Part shown: in pieces, positions 31,905 through 41,726 of the stretch
Position numbering within the stretch: position 1 is the stretch's first letter
Layout: the number at the start of each line of letters is the position of its first letter
From: Candidatus Omnitrophota bacterium
GTDB taxonomy: Bacteria > Omnitrophota > Omnitrophia > Omnitrophales > Aquincolibacteriaceae
DNA length: 64,000 nt
Assembly (NCBI GenBank): GCA_035352955.1
Contig: DAOPYQ010000002.1
Span: 70,737 to 134,736, forward strand
Direction: 5' to 3'
Notes under the pieces: generated by a model
Told to the model about the DNA's origin: nothing
Seen by the model: only the letters and a program-made list of their open reading frames with translations
The model's database searches: none
Made by a program: the position numbers and the translations under genes

Positions 31905-32654
31905 CTAACGGCCCTCCAGACTGAGCGGTTCACGCGCAACGGCAATAAACAGCTCTTCGAGCGTCCTCTTCCCGTGTTCCGCGGGCAAGGCCTTCGGGTC
32001 CCCTTCAAGAAGGATCCTACCGTGCGAAAGAAAAAGCACACGATCGCAGATTTCCTCGACCTCGTACATATTGTGCGACGTCCAGAGCACCCCTCCGGCT
32101 TCCCGCGCTGAAAATTCACGGACCCTGGCACGAATGTCCTGTGCCGTAGAGGGATCGAGCGATGCGGTCGGTTCGTCCAGCAAAAGAAGGGGCGGACGGT
32201 TCAGCATCGCCTTGGCAAGACTGGCCCGCGTCTGCTCGCCCGAAGAAAGGACCCCGTATTTTTTATCCCGGAATTTTTCAAGATCGAACATCTTCAAAAG
32301 CTCTTCCAGGCGCTCGGAAAGGTTTCCCACCCCGTATAAAAGACCGAAGATCTTCAGATTTTGAAATACGGTGAGATTGCCGGGAAGCGGCGCGTAAACG
32401 GCCGCAAAATTGGTCCTCTGGATCGCCCGGGAACGCTCGGAAGCGAGGTCGATCCCTTCAATGTGGATCGTTCCCTCGTCCGGATCCAGAATGCTGAGGA
32501 TCATATTGATCGCGGTCGTTTTCCCGGCCCCATTCGGGCCGAGGAGCCCCACGATCTCATGGCGATTCACATCAAAAGAGATCCGGTCCACCGCGACAAG
32601 GTCTCCGTAGACCTTGCGCAATCCCCCGACCGAAAGAATTTTTGAGGCAGACAT
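31905..32654 (-). CDS. ABC transporter ATP-binding protein (Wzt/TagH-like, short form)
   Basis: Start MSASKILSVGGLRKVYGD at 32652-32654. Walker A GPNGAGKTT, signature LSSGEQTRASLA, Walker B LLLLDEP. Confidence 0.85.
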   Translation of the reverse strand: MSASKILSVGGLRKVYGDLVAVDRISFDVNRHEIVGLLGPNGAGKTTAINMILSILDPDEGTIHIEGIDLASERSRAIQRTNFAAVYAPLPGNLTVFQNLKIFGLLYGVGNLSERLEELLKMFDLEKFRDKKYGVLSSGEQTRASLAKAMLNRPPLLLLDEPTASLDPSTAQDIRARVREFSAREAGGVLWTSHNMYEVEEICDRVLFLSHGRILLEGDPKALPAEHGKRTLEELFIAVAREPLSLEGR

Positions 32655-32813
32655 AGCCGGGATTATATACCCCTCCCTTTCAAATCTCAATTTCACGACC
32701 TAAACGGAGCCGTGCCAATAAAAAAGCCGGAGACCCGACCCCAAAGGGTCTAACTCGTTAAGGTCTTCGGCTTCCCCACGCAAACACTTCTTGTCCCGCA
32801 GCAAAAAAGGGAT

Positions 32814-33572
32814 CTATATGTTTCTCATAAACCAAAAATGCCGTTTGTAAGCTTTACGGATGACAAAACCCGCTTCCTTCAAAAATGTAATGGAACCCTG
32901 CCGCTCCTCATCGTCATGCCATTCCAGAAATATGTTTTTGACCTTTTTTAGGCTCTCGACGGCACCGCGGAACATCGGCACACCGCTGCCTTCAATATCC
33001 ACTTTAAGAAGATCGATCGCGGGAATCGAATGACCCCGTAAACAATCATCCAAAGTCACCAACCGCACGCTCCTCCGGTGGGCGCACTCCCCGCCTCCCG
33101 CAATACTGTTGCCGCCAAACAGAGGATCGTTGAATTTGACCTCCAACGCGCTTCCGCTCTCCGCCGCAAGCGCCGCGGTCACCGAAAAATAGTTCTTTTT
33201 GAGAGATTCCGGAAGGGACTTCACCGTAAAATCATGCGCCTCCTGCATCATATCCACGCCATAAACGGTACTCTTAGCGTTAAGATAAAGCCACCATCGC
33301 ACCGTCACCCCCACATTAATGCCGCAATCCACGATCACGGGCGCTTCCGCCTCCCGAAGCTCCTTTTCGATCAACGGATCCCGGAGCGAACCTTGGAAAA
33401 TGTTGTCCCGTATGTTAAGGATCTCTTCCTTATGGGTCACAAGCCCGAAGACCGGAAGCTTCAACGGTAGTCCATAACGCGGATGTTTTTTCACGCGTTG
33501 GAAATAGATCGTGTTTTTCAGACCAAATTTCCCGCAAAAATCAAATAGCGTCATGAATTTATTATGGTACAT
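32814..33572 (-). CDS. FkbM family methyltransferase
   Basis: 252 aa; VIVDCGINVGVTV...TLDD...IDLLKVDIEGSG pattern typical of FkbM-family SAM methyltransferases. Confidence 0.75.
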   Translation of the reverse strand: MYHNKFMTLFDFCGKFGLKNTIYFQRVKKHPRYGLPLKLPVFGLVTHKEEILNIRDNIFQGSLRDPLIEKELREAEAPVIVDCGINVGVTVRWWLYLNAKSTVYGVDMMQEAHDFTVKSLPESLKKNYFSVTAALAAESGSALEVKFNDPLFGGNSIAGGGECAHRRSVRLVTLDDCLRGHSIPAIDLLKVDIEGSGVPMFRGAVESLKKVKNIFLEWHDDEERQGSITFLKEAGFVIRKAYKRHFWFMRNI

Positions 33573-33680
33573 AGCCTCGAACCGTCCGGGTTTTCAACGG
33601 TGAAGAAAGGAACGTTAAATGATCGCGCTGGATTATATTATAAATTTGAAACGCCCGCCCTGATTTTCAGCAAAGGTCCG

Positions 33681-33707
33681 CAAAAACAAAAAAACGGGAT
33701 CCGTTCA
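33681..33707 (-). terminator. Weak rho-independent terminator (minus strand) closing the zinc-ribbon gene 3' region
   Basis: Minus strand reads AACGG-AUC-CCGUU followed by UUUUUUUGUUUUUG. Confidence 0.35.
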
Positions 33708-33929
33708 AGCAAGGATTGTTCTTCTTAATTACTGTTCCAGAATAGTAAACGGGTTTCTTCTTATACATCATGCGGCTGTTCTGTTTTTTGGGAGAGGGCT
33801 TTTGCTCCGGCCGGCCGGTTACGCTCCGTTCCCGCGAGACCGCCTGCCTCCGGAGCCACCCCGCCCCAACCGGTCCGTTAAAAGACCGGAGGGTTGGAGC
33901 AGCCCATAAGCTGCAGAAAAGGTTCCTGC
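33708..33929 (-). ncRNA. GC-rich highly structured ~220-nt RNA segment (3' UTR element or independent ncRNA), class not identified
   Basis: Non-coding stretch between the zinc-ribbon gene stop and the terminator. Multiple nested GC stems (GCUCCGG...CCGGAGC; CCAACCGGUC...GACCGG..GGUUGG; GCAGC-CCAUAA-GCUGC). Overlapping ORFs in the table (33667..33972, 33770..34000) look non-genic. Confidence 0.3.
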
Positions 33930-34094
33930 TTAGCGGCCGGCACTCTTGCGTTTTGCAAAGCAATCTTTGCAATACACCGGACGGTCTTCACGGGGCTTGA
34001 AGGGGACTTCGCATTCTTTTTTGCATTCCGCGCAGTTCGCTTTGTGCATTTCACGCGGCTGCCTGTTGAAACCACCACCCTGATCAAATGCCAT
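33930..34094 (-). CDS. Small zinc-ribbon protein (zf-trcl-like, CxxC-x16-CxxC)
   Basis: Start at the internal ATG (MAFDQGGGFNRQPREMHKANCAECKKECEVPFKPREDRPVYCKDCFAKRKSAGR). Confidence 0.55.
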   Translation of the reverse strand: MAFDQGGGFNRQPREMHKANCAECKKECEVPFKPREDRPVYCKDCFAKRKSAGR

Positions 34095-34164
34095 ATTTGT
34101 TTCTCCTTTTGGTTGCCTTACGTTGAAAAACTTTGAACCGGAACTTCCCGAAAAATCTCCGCCC

Positions 34165-34671
34165 TTAATCCTCCACAGCCCTTTCGAGAGCGGCAAAAAC
34201 CAACGGATCGGATTTGGACATTTTCATAAGGCTCTTCTCGACCTTGGAAACCGCTTCCCGAAGCGTGATCTTGAATGAACACGCCAACTCTCCTACAAGA
34301 CCCCTGACCGAATGCTCAAGCAATTGCCGCTTCCTCTGATCTCTCGTCTTCAGCTTGTCCGCCGAGAAAGAAAGGATGTTCCGGGCAAGGACCCAGGCTT
34401 GGTCGGTTTCTTCCGTGTCGGTGCGACCCGACTTGAGGTAATCCAGGATCTTGTTCGCGGCCTTACGGGAAACGATCCGATGGAACCCTGAGACCTCGAG
34501 GTCAGACGCCGGAACGAGAAAACGCACTTTCATTCTGCTCATCGTGCGCGGGACAATCGAATAGCCGGGAGTCTTCCCCGCCCGATCCCGGCCGATCAAC
34601 CGTTCCACCCGGCATAAACCATGCGCCGCGTGGAAAAGAAGATCCCCTTCAACAATCTTTGATGATTTCAT
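34165..34671 (-). CDS. CarD/CdnL-like N-terminal domain transcription factor (RNA polymerase-interacting)
   Basis: KIVEGDLLFHAAHGLCRVERL resembles the CarD_CdnL_TRCF N-terminal domain. Confidence 0.45.
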   Translation of the reverse strand: MKSSKIVEGDLLFHAAHGLCRVERLIGRDRAGKTPGYSIVPRTMSRMKVRFLVPASDLEVSGFHRIVSRKAANKILDYLKSGRTDTEETDQAWVLARNILSFSADKLKTRDQRKRQLLEHSVRGLVGELACSFKITLREAVSKVEKSLMKMSKSDPLVFAALERAVED

Positions 34672-34683
34672 GGATAACTCTTT

Positions 34684-34857
34684 CTAGGTCCCCTGGATCG
34701 GAGAAACCCCGACGGCCGTTTCAGAAGGTCCGACTTCGGTCATATCCTGCCCGGGAACCTGCATCTTCTTATTCAGGCGTTTATTCCTCTTATCTTCCTG
34801 CTTTTTCTTCCTTAATTCTTCCTTCCGCCTTTTATCACCACGGAAATTCTGTCTCAT
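34684..34857 (-). CDS. Small highly basic protein (57 aa), hypothetical
   Basis: Not in the ORF table (<60 aa). Minus-strand ATG at 34855-34857 with an AAGGA SD 7 nt upstream: MRQNFRGDKRRKEELRKKKQEDKRNKRLNKKMQVPGQDMTEVGPSETAVGVSPIQGT. Stop 12 nt before the CarD-like gene start. Confidence 0.3.
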   Translation of the reverse strand: MRQNFRGDKRRKEELRKKKQEDKRNKRLNKKMQVPGQDMTEVGPSETAVGVSPIQGT

Positions 34858-35043
34858 GGAAATCCTTCGTCTGAAAAACGCCTGACCCCGTTGCTACGGG
34901 CAAAAGTTGGGTAGAGAGTGAGAAGTGAAATCACGCAAAACGGGTCTATTTTAGCACGCTTCCCCCAATGCCCCTAACCTTATAATTTCAGCCCCAAAAA
35001 CGTCCGGACAAAAAACGTTTGTGACTGATCTTCGAAAATGTGT

Positions 35044-36675
35044 TCAGAGGGCTTTTTTTATATTTCTTGGGAGTGTAAAAATGAACCGGCTGCCTCTCCC
35101 GCCATCGCTTTCCGCCCAGATCCTGCCCTTCTGCAGTTCGATAAGCTCTTTGGCGATTGAAAGGCCCAGCCCCGTGCCATCCTGCCTTTCGGAATTAATA
35201 CGTACGAATTTATCAAAAACCTTCTCTAAAAATTCGGCCGGAATGCCGGGCCCCGTATCTTCGACCTCAACACGCAGTTCCGCCGGAGTCCCTTTCACCC
35301 TCACCGTAACAGATTCGCCGGGCGGCGTATATTTGATGGCATTGGTCAAAAGGTTAACGACCACCTCACCTAACTTGCCGGGATCTGCGCGAATCTCGCC
35401 GACCCCGGGCTCGATCTCCATTTTAAAGACCAGCTGTTGCTTTGAAATCTGGCTCAAATACGGGATCACGATCTCTTCTAAAAAAGATGCGACGGCGAAC
35501 GTTTCTTCCTGAAGGGTAAGGTTCCCCGCTTCCGCCCGGGCAAGCTTCAAAAGATCCCCCAAAAGCCGGATGAGCCTATCCACAGTCCGCTTTCCCGCCG
35601 CAAGGCATTCTTTTTGCTCCGCATTTATTTTTCCGACCGTTTCGCTACCGACAATATCCAGCGATTCCCTGATGATCCCGAGAGGCCCTCTTATCTCGTG
35701 AGAAGCATTGGCCACAAAAGCTTCCATCTTCTGAATCAATTTCCTTTCTTTCTCGGTCGCCTCCCGCAAAGATTCCTCGGCCTTTTTCCGTTCCGTAATA
35801 TCCCGAATGATCGCCTGATAACGCCCTTGCCCGTCAATCGTGAAAGCCCGGATGCTAATTTCAACGGGAAATTTCCTGCCCCCCTTCGTCTGATGCACCG
35901 TCTCAAAAAGCGTCTTTCCGGTATCCCCCAGAGCTCTGATCTGCTCGAGGAACAGGTCTCTGGCTTCCGGGGCGCGCAATTGAGGCGCGTACATGCCGAA
36001 CAACTCTTCGCGCCGGTATCCGTACACATCCGCAACACGCTCGTTGGTCTCTATAAATTTAAAGTTTTCGTCGAGAAGAATGATGAAATCATTGGCATAT
36101 TTCGTAAGATAAGAGAGGCGCGTAGCGACGGCTCGGGCCTCCGCTTCATTGATCTTACGTTTCGCGACCTCGGCCGATAGCTGCGCATTAGCCTCGGAAA
36201 GCTCGGCGGTTCTTTCTCTCACTTTTTTTTCAGCTTCCGCGCCCGCCCGTTCGAGGAGATTTTTGTGTTGTTTGTTTCGTTCGCTTAGCGCGCTTATCAA
36301 AAACGCGATCACCAGGAACATGACGGAGCGGATCCCGTCATTCACGATGTTGGGAAAGTTCAGATCTGTAAAAAAATGGACCCCCAAAAGCTGCACCACC
36401 AGCAGCAGCACCACCCAAAAAACTTTTCTCCCCCACCAGATGGCCGCCAGGGTGATCGGGATGTAGAACAAGTGGGTAAAAATAATCTCCGTTTTAACGA
36501 CCAGGTGGAAATAGTAAATGCTTGCGGAAACGACCGCGACAAAGACAAGAATGGTGATTATTTTGATTATTTCTTTTCGAGTGCGCCGTTTTTCAGTCCG
36601 AAAACTTCCGGGGGGCGCAACGGTCACGGCGGGGGGAAGGGGCGTTAATTCTGGATTGCTCTTCGAAAAATTCAT
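35044..36675 (-). CDS. Sensor histidine kinase (membrane anchor + PAS + HisKA + HATPase_c)
   Basis: N-terminal TM helices, PAS-like region, H-box ASHEIRGPLGIIRESL, N/G boxes (NLLTNAIKYT, DTGPGIP, GTGLGLSIAKELIE). Confidence 0.85.
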   Translation of the reverse strand: MNFSKSNPELTPLPPAVTVAPPGSFRTEKRRTRKEIIKIITILVFVAVVSASIYYFHLVVKTEIIFTHLFYIPITLAAIWWGRKVFWVVLLLVVQLLGVHFFTDLNFPNIVNDGIRSVMFLVIAFLISALSERNKQHKNLLERAGAEAEKKVRERTAELSEANAQLSAEVAKRKINEAEARAVATRLSYLTKYANDFIILLDENFKFIETNERVADVYGYRREELFGMYAPQLRAPEARDLFLEQIRALGDTGKTLFETVHQTKGGRKFPVEISIRAFTIDGQGRYQAIIRDITERKKAEESLREATEKERKLIQKMEAFVANASHEIRGPLGIIRESLDIVGSETVGKINAEQKECLAAGKRTVDRLIRLLGDLLKLARAEAGNLTLQEETFAVASFLEEIVIPYLSQISKQQLVFKMEIEPGVGEIRADPGKLGEVVVNLLTNAIKYTPPGESVTVRVKGTPAELRVEVEDTGPGIPAEFLEKVFDKFVRINSERQDGTGLGLSIAKELIELQKGRIWAESDGGRGSRFIFTLPRNIKKAL

Positions 36676-36846
36676 CGCAGCACCTCGAACGAGGGATTTT
36701 TACAGCGGCGCTGAGTTGTTAATATTCTACTCCTCCCCTTATAGATAGGATATCTTTTTGAAGGATTTTTTAGGCGCCCTCCTAATGCGTTGTAACTCTA
36801 TTAATCATAATGACTTAGACCGGCTCCGGACGCAAAGGAAGACTTG

Positions 36847-38445
36847 TTATTTGGGGGAATCAAAAAGCGTAACGTGGGGATTGTGTTCCTGGAAATTATT
36901 CAGGGTCCACTCGCTCAGGAAAAGGAGGGCCCTTCTCCCTTGTTCGTCCCGCACCAGACCGACGCCGTAGGAAAGAGAATCGGCAAACTCCTGATCATTT
37001 AAACCGGATTTCGCCCACCGGAGGATCTTCCAGGGAAGCATCTCAAGCTGGGACTCAGCGCCGTATTCCTCCCTCAACCGGTACTGCAGGACTTCGTACT
37101 GAAGCGGCCCGACGGCCCCGAGAAGCGCCGTATTCGGGTTAAACGGTTTGATCCAGCTAAATACCTGAACGATGTCCTCGGCCAAAAGATGCTCCAATCC
37201 TTTCCGGAACGGTTTGTACTTCGCCGGCGAAGGATTATGAATTTGGGCAAAGCACTCGGGAGCGAACCGAGGGATCGCATTAAAAACGACCGACGGGTCT
37301 TCGCTGATCGTGTCCCCGATACGGAAATCCGATTTAACGGCGAATCCGATAATGTCCCCCGGATAAGCTTCATCCACCGTTTCGCGGCTTTGTCCCAAAA
37401 GCGTATGAGACCCTGTGATCCTGATCTTTTTCCCGGTCCTCGTGTGATACACATCCATATCCCGGAAGAATTTTCCGGAGCAGATCCTCAGGAAAGCGAT
37501 CCGGTCGCGATGCATCGGGTTCATATTGGTCTGGATCTTGAAAATAAACCCTGAAAAATCCTTCGCAGCAACGGGGATCGCGCGATCCCCCGCTTTCCGT
37601 TCGGCCGGACCCGCGGAGTACTGGATGAACCCGTCCAACAAAAGCTGGACCCCAAAATTATTCGCGGCGCTTCCAAAGAACACGGGAGTGGTTTCGCCTT
37701 TGAGCACGGCCTCGGGAGAAAAACCCCCGTGCGCCCCGCCCAGGATCTCCAAAGCGTCCGCCGCTTGGCGGTATTCCTGTTCATCAACGACCTTCTGGAC
37801 CTCGGGGTCCGCAAAGCCATGCGTTGAAACCGGAGCCATGTAAGCGCCTCCGGGAACCTTTTTGAAAAGATGGACCTGGTCCCGCAAGCGGTCATAAACC
37901 CCCCGGAAATCTTTCCCGCTTCCGAGCGGCCAATTGACGGGATACGCATGGATCCCGAGCACGCTTTCGAGTTCGTCAATCAAAGCCAGCGGGTCCAGGA
38001 TCGGACGGTCCAGTTTATTCATGAACGTGAAGATCGGGATCTCACGGTGCCGGCAGATCTCAAAAAGCTTGCGGGTCTGGCTCTCGATCCCCTTTCCGGC
38101 ATCGATCACCATCACCACCGCATCGACCGCCATTAACACGCGATAGGTGTCTTCCGAAAAATCTTTATGGCCGGGGGTGTCGAGCAGATTGACGCGCCAG
38201 GGACCGTAATCAAATTGGAGAAGGGTCGAACTGATCGAAATACCGCGCTTTTTCTCCATCTCCATCCAGTCAGAAGCCGTTTCGCGCTCCTGTTTGCGCG
38301 CGGTCACGGAACCGGCCAGCTGGATCGCGCCTCCGTAGAGAAGGAACTTTTCCGTCAAGGTGGTCTTGCCCGCGTCCGGATGCGAAATAATCGCGAACGT
38401 ACGGCGTCTCAGGATCTCGTCTTTCAAAATACCGGTCTGCATCAC
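36847..38445 (-). CDS. prfC: Peptide chain release factor 3
   Basis: RRTFAIISHPDAGKTTLTEKFLLYGGAIQLAG...DTPGHKDF...NKLD: RF3 GTPase signature. 532 aa. Confidence 0.9.
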   Translation of the reverse strand: MMQTGILKDEILRRRTFAIISHPDAGKTTLTEKFLLYGGAIQLAGSVTARKQERETASDWMEMEKKRGISISSTLLQFDYGPWRVNLLDTPGHKDFSEDTYRVLMAVDAVVMVIDAGKGIESQTRKLFEICRHREIPIFTFMNKLDRPILDPLALIDELESVLGIHAYPVNWPLGSGKDFRGVYDRLRDQVHLFKKVPGGAYMAPVSTHGFADPEVQKVVDEQEYRQAADALEILGGAHGGFSPEAVLKGETTPVFFGSAANNFGVQLLLDGFIQYSAGPAERKAGDRAIPVAAKDFSGFIFKIQTNMNPMHRDRIAFLRICSGKFFRDMDVYHTRTGKKIRITGSHTLLGQSRETVDEAYPGDIIGFAVKSDFRIGDTISEDPSVVFNAIPRFAPECFAQIHNPSPAKYKPFRKGLEHLLAEDIVQVFSWIKPFNPNTALLGAVGPLQYEVLQYRLREEYGAESQLEMLPWKILRWAKSGLNDQEFADSLSYGVGLVRDEQGRRALLFLSEWTLNNFQEHNPHVTLFDSPK

Positions 38446-38615
38446 AAAAACTCCTTAAGAAATACTCTGAACTTTCCAGCCCCACGCGGGCAACGGAGGA
38501 GGGATTATATCGAAGACCGGACATAAAGGCGAGCAAACGCTTAAGGCCGAAGCCCCGGCCGGAGGCGCAGAAACGATGAAGTTTCTGACAAGAACCGAGC
38601 AATCTTCGGTCTGTT

Positions 38616-38780
38616 TCAGAAGTCGTGTACGACCTTCAGCTTGGATCCCGTAAATTTTAGCTCGGTGACACTCCCCGGATCCGTTGCCGTCGCCTTTTTT
38701 TCCTGAAGTGTCCGCGAGCATCCCCAAGCAAGAATGCTCACCAGAAAAAAACAGATGAAACCAAGGGTGATCTTTTTCAT
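38616..38780 (-). CDS. Small putative lipoprotein (54 aa)
   Basis: Internal start MKKITLGFICFFLVSILAWGCSRT: signal peptide with a Cys lipobox-like site. Confidence 0.3.
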   Translation of the reverse strand: MKKITLGFICFFLVSILAWGCSRTLQEKKATATDPGSVTELKFTGSKLKVVHDF

Positions 38781-38868
38781 AGAGATTTCCTTCCCAAAAA
38801 ATTTTTTCTGACACAAAAAGGCCCGGCCGCAGGATCGCAACGTCGCACCGGATTTTTACACAGACTTA

Positions 38869-40101
38869 TCAAAAGAAGACGACCGTCAGGAGAAGAAAAA
38901 GCGGGAAAAGGATCCCGACCGACCACAGCATGTACCCGAAGAAACTCGGCATTTTCCAGTCCATATGTTCCGCGATCGAGCGGATCATAAAGTTCGGCGC
39001 ATTTCCGATGTAGGTGCACGCGCCGAAAAAAACGGCGCCCGCGCTGATTGCCAAAAGGAACGGCTCCGGCATCCCGAAAAACGGACCGCCGAGCCTCAGA
39101 CTCTTGCCCAGCGTGGCAAACGTAAGATATGTTGGAGCATTATCAAGGAAGGACGAGAAACATCCGGTCGCCCAGAAGAATTGCCAGGGCCGGGTCAAGC
39201 CAAGCTCCGCACCCCGGGTCTGCAAAAGAAGCAGCGCCGGGACCATCGTGATGAAGATCCCGAGAAAAATGGTCGCCACTTCCAGGATCGGGCTGTAGTG
39301 AAAATCATTCGCCTCCCGGTAACGTTTGGGGGTGATCCAGAGCGAAACAAGCGTCGTAACAAGCAGAAGCTGGCTACGGTACGGCGACGGAATGAACACT
39401 GCCCCGACAATGACCGCGAAGCAGAGGAGGTTCCGCTTTCCGTTCAAGCGGAAAGTGTCCGGGATATGCGGGATCAGTGTCCTGGAATGTTTTTGGATGA
39501 TATAGCTATCGAGGCAGTAAAAGATCCCGAGCAAAGTTCCGACCGTCATCAGCCAAAGCGGAAAAAGTTTCAAGGTCCAGAAGAACGGAACACCCCGGAG
39601 GAATCCGAGAAAGAGCGGCGGATCACCGAGGGGGGTCAGCGCGCCGCCGATATTGCCGACCAGAAAAATAAAAAAGATCGGAAGATACGCGTGATGCTTC
39701 CGGTGCGCGTTCGCCCGGAGAAGCGGACGGATCAGAATCATGCTGGCGCCTGTCGTTCCGACAAAGTTGCTAAGCACCGCGCCGGTCCCCAGAAGAAGCG
39801 TATTGGCGAGCGCCGTGCTTTTAAACCCCCCCTCGATCCAAAGTCCCCCGGAAACAATGAACAGGGACCCGAGCAGAATGACAAACGAAATATATTCTTC
39901 GAGGCTGCCCCATAACGCGTGAGGAGAGTTCTTCAGGCATAGAAGGATGATCGGGATCGAAAAAGCGAGGGAGACTAGGGCCTGATTTTTAAGCGAATGC
40001 CAGAATTTTTTTGCCGCAAGCGGCAGGACCGCAATCGAAAGAAGCAGGCCGGCAAAAGGCGCGGCCATCCAAAGTTCCGGGACCCAACTGTTTTCCGTCA
40101 C
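38869..40101 (-). CDS. ArsB/NhaD-superfamily ion transporter (Na+/H+ antiporter-like)
   Basis: 410 aa, ~12 TM helices, internal repeat architecture typical of the ion transporter (IT) superfamily. GTG start. Confidence 0.55.
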   Translation of the reverse strand: MTENSWVPELWMAAPFAGLLLSIAVLPLAAKKFWHSLKNQALVSLAFSIPIILLCLKNSPHALWGSLEEYISFVILLGSLFIVSGGLWIEGGFKSTALANTLLLGTGAVLSNFVGTTGASMILIRPLLRANAHRKHHAYLPIFFIFLVGNIGGALTPLGDPPLFLGFLRGVPFFWTLKLFPLWLMTVGTLLGIFYCLDSYIIQKHSRTLIPHIPDTFRLNGKRNLLCFAVIVGAVFIPSPYRSQLLLVTTLVSLWITPKRYREANDFHYSPILEVATIFLGIFITMVPALLLLQTRGAELGLTRPWQFFWATGCFSSFLDNAPTYLTFATLGKSLRLGGPFFGMPEPFLLAISAGAVFFGACTYIGNAPNFMIRSIAEHMDWKMPSFFGYMLWSVGILFPLFLLLTVVFF

Positions 40102-40321
40102 CGCCTGAAACCCTCTTCTCTGCCCGCGTTGTTTATCATGGCCTAGATACTAAATAAGATGATATCCGATTGCAAGGGATGTCGATGGTTGGAGCGGCAC
40201 AGCCGAAACGCGCGTCTCTAAAAGAGACGGCTCGCCGGCTCATGCCCTTAGAAAAAGGAACGATCCCGGACTCTCCGGAGGAACTTCGACCGGATCTTTA
40301 ATCGTGCTACTTCTAGCTTTC

Positions 40322-41404
40322 TTAAAAAAAACGAAAAAATTGGAGGACCTTCTTAAGCAGATAGCATTTATCATCCATAAGATATTCGAACTGGCGCGTA
40401 CAAATACATCCGCTGCAGCTCTTTCTCAGGCGCTGGAATATCGCATCCCTCCCGCTATGCTTATACAACTTACCGATATTTTTATAGGTATAACCGGGGA
40501 TGGCGGGCGTCGCATTACAGATACAGATTTTCCCGTCCGGGAGAACCTCGAGATAGTACGTCCCCGCATTGCAAGCCCACTTCATAGAGGAATTTGCCTG
40601 ACTGCAATGACGGATAGAATCATCCACCGTCTTTTCGGAATTCACAATGGGTGAACCGGACTTCGCCATCAATGACTTGACCTTCAGAAAAGCATCCTTC
40701 AGCTGTTGCCTTTGGTGTTCGTTCACGGCAAGTTCGGGGTCGTAAGCGCGAATATTGTTCTCATCTGTGCTTTGACCGATCTCCATAGGATAAAAACCGA
40801 TGAGGACGCGATTCTCGACGGCAAAAGCGTAAAGATCCTCCACTTCGGTAACATTAGCGGGCTGCAAAATGGTGGTGAGCACCAGTCCGCATCCGAAAGG
40901 CCTGGTGAGACGGGACGCCGCTTTGATATTATTTAGAACTTTCTCAAAATACGATTTGTTTTGAAGCCCGTTAATGATCAAGAAGGATTCGTAGTGCAGC
41001 GCGTCAAAGGAAATAAAAATATCATCCACCCCGGCGACCAGCAGCTTTTTCAGAAGAGATTCTTCAAGTAAAAAACCGTTGGTTTGCAATCGCGTATTGA
41101 ACCCGTGCCGCTTAAAAATACTCACGACCTCCGCTATATCTTTTCGCAGCAACGGCTCTCCCCCCGTCAGAGCGATGCTTTTAAGTCCTACCTTTTTCAG
41201 ATTTCTCGCCAAAACGTCTAACTCACCGAGAGACAGCTCACCCTCAGGGCGACACGCATCCTTCCAAACCCTGCATGCACGGCATCTGAAATTACACCGC
41301 CGGGTCACTTGAATATGCGCGTGATAGGGACGCTTTAATATTTTCGCAAAAAATAGCAGGTAAAGAGCATACTGCGCTTTCAACCATAGGGACTGCAGTT
41401 TCAT
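40322..41404 (-). CDS. Radical SAM protein with C-terminal SPASM domain (peptide/protein-modifying maturase family)
   Basis: CNFRCRAC (CxxxCxxC) followed by ALTGGEPLL. C-terminal SPASM-type cysteine clusters (WACNAG...GKICIC...CSGCIC). Probable ATG at 41402-41404 (MKLQSLWLKAQ...). Confidence 0.8.
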   Translation of the reverse strand: MKLQSLWLKAQYALYLLFFAKILKRPYHAHIQVTRRCNFRCRACRVWKDACRPEGELSLGELDVLARNLKKVGLKSIALTGGEPLLRKDIAEVVSIFKRHGFNTRLQTNGFLLEESLLKKLLVAGVDDIFISFDALHYESFLIINGLQNKSYFEKVLNNIKAASRLTRPFGCGLVLTTILQPANVTEVEDLYAFAVENRVLIGFYPMEIGQSTDENNIRAYDPELAVNEHQRQQLKDAFLKVKSLMAKSGSPIVNSEKTVDDSIRHCSQANSSMKWACNAGTYYLEVLPDGKICICNATPAIPGYTYKNIGKLYKHSGRDAIFQRLRKSCSGCICTRQFEYLMDDKCYLLKKVLQFFRFF

Positions 41405-41726
41405 TTTGATCCTACTCCTCAAATCTTGTTCCGCTATACTCGTTAAGGCCTTTCATGATAACGATTAAATAAAAACACGCAACGTAAAATCCCAAAACAG
41501 GTTTAACTTAAAAATATCCGCGATCAAACAAAAAGAGGCCGTGCGCCGAGCCATCCTCGGGCCTCATTTGCCGCAATGGCCATGGGCAGAGGAATCCCAC
41601 GAAATAAAATAATAAAATTATTTACAATCGCGCTTTCAACGCTTATGTTGAATCTTGGGAACCATAGAACTTTCCGTATGGGATTAATTTAAAATTTACA
41701 TGCCGAAATACTAACAGCAAAGAAAA

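Noticed and set aside
33700-33930. SRP (4.5S) RNA or RNase P RNA
   Set aside because: A GGAGCAGCC block is present, but the domain IV consensus (GGUCCGGAAGGAAGCAGCC with GGAA tetraloop) and the RNase P P4/P15 signatures are not. Left as unclassified structured RNA.
40136-40301. Small ORFs as possible RiPP precursors: 35 aa on the minus strand (40136-40243) downstream of the rSAM, and 40 aa on the plus strand (40179-40301)
   Set aside because: No convincing SD; only two Cys in the minus-strand peptide. The plus-strand one is on the opposite strand and overlaps the antiporter promoter. Both retained only as notes.
41457-41726. 39-aa plus-strand ORF (MAMGRGIPRNKIIKLFTIALSTLMLNLGNHRTFRMGLI) in the AT-rich spacer upstream of the LtaS-like gene
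   Set aside because: Low-complexity AT-rich sequence, no RBS, overlaps the likely promoter region. Probably not a gene.
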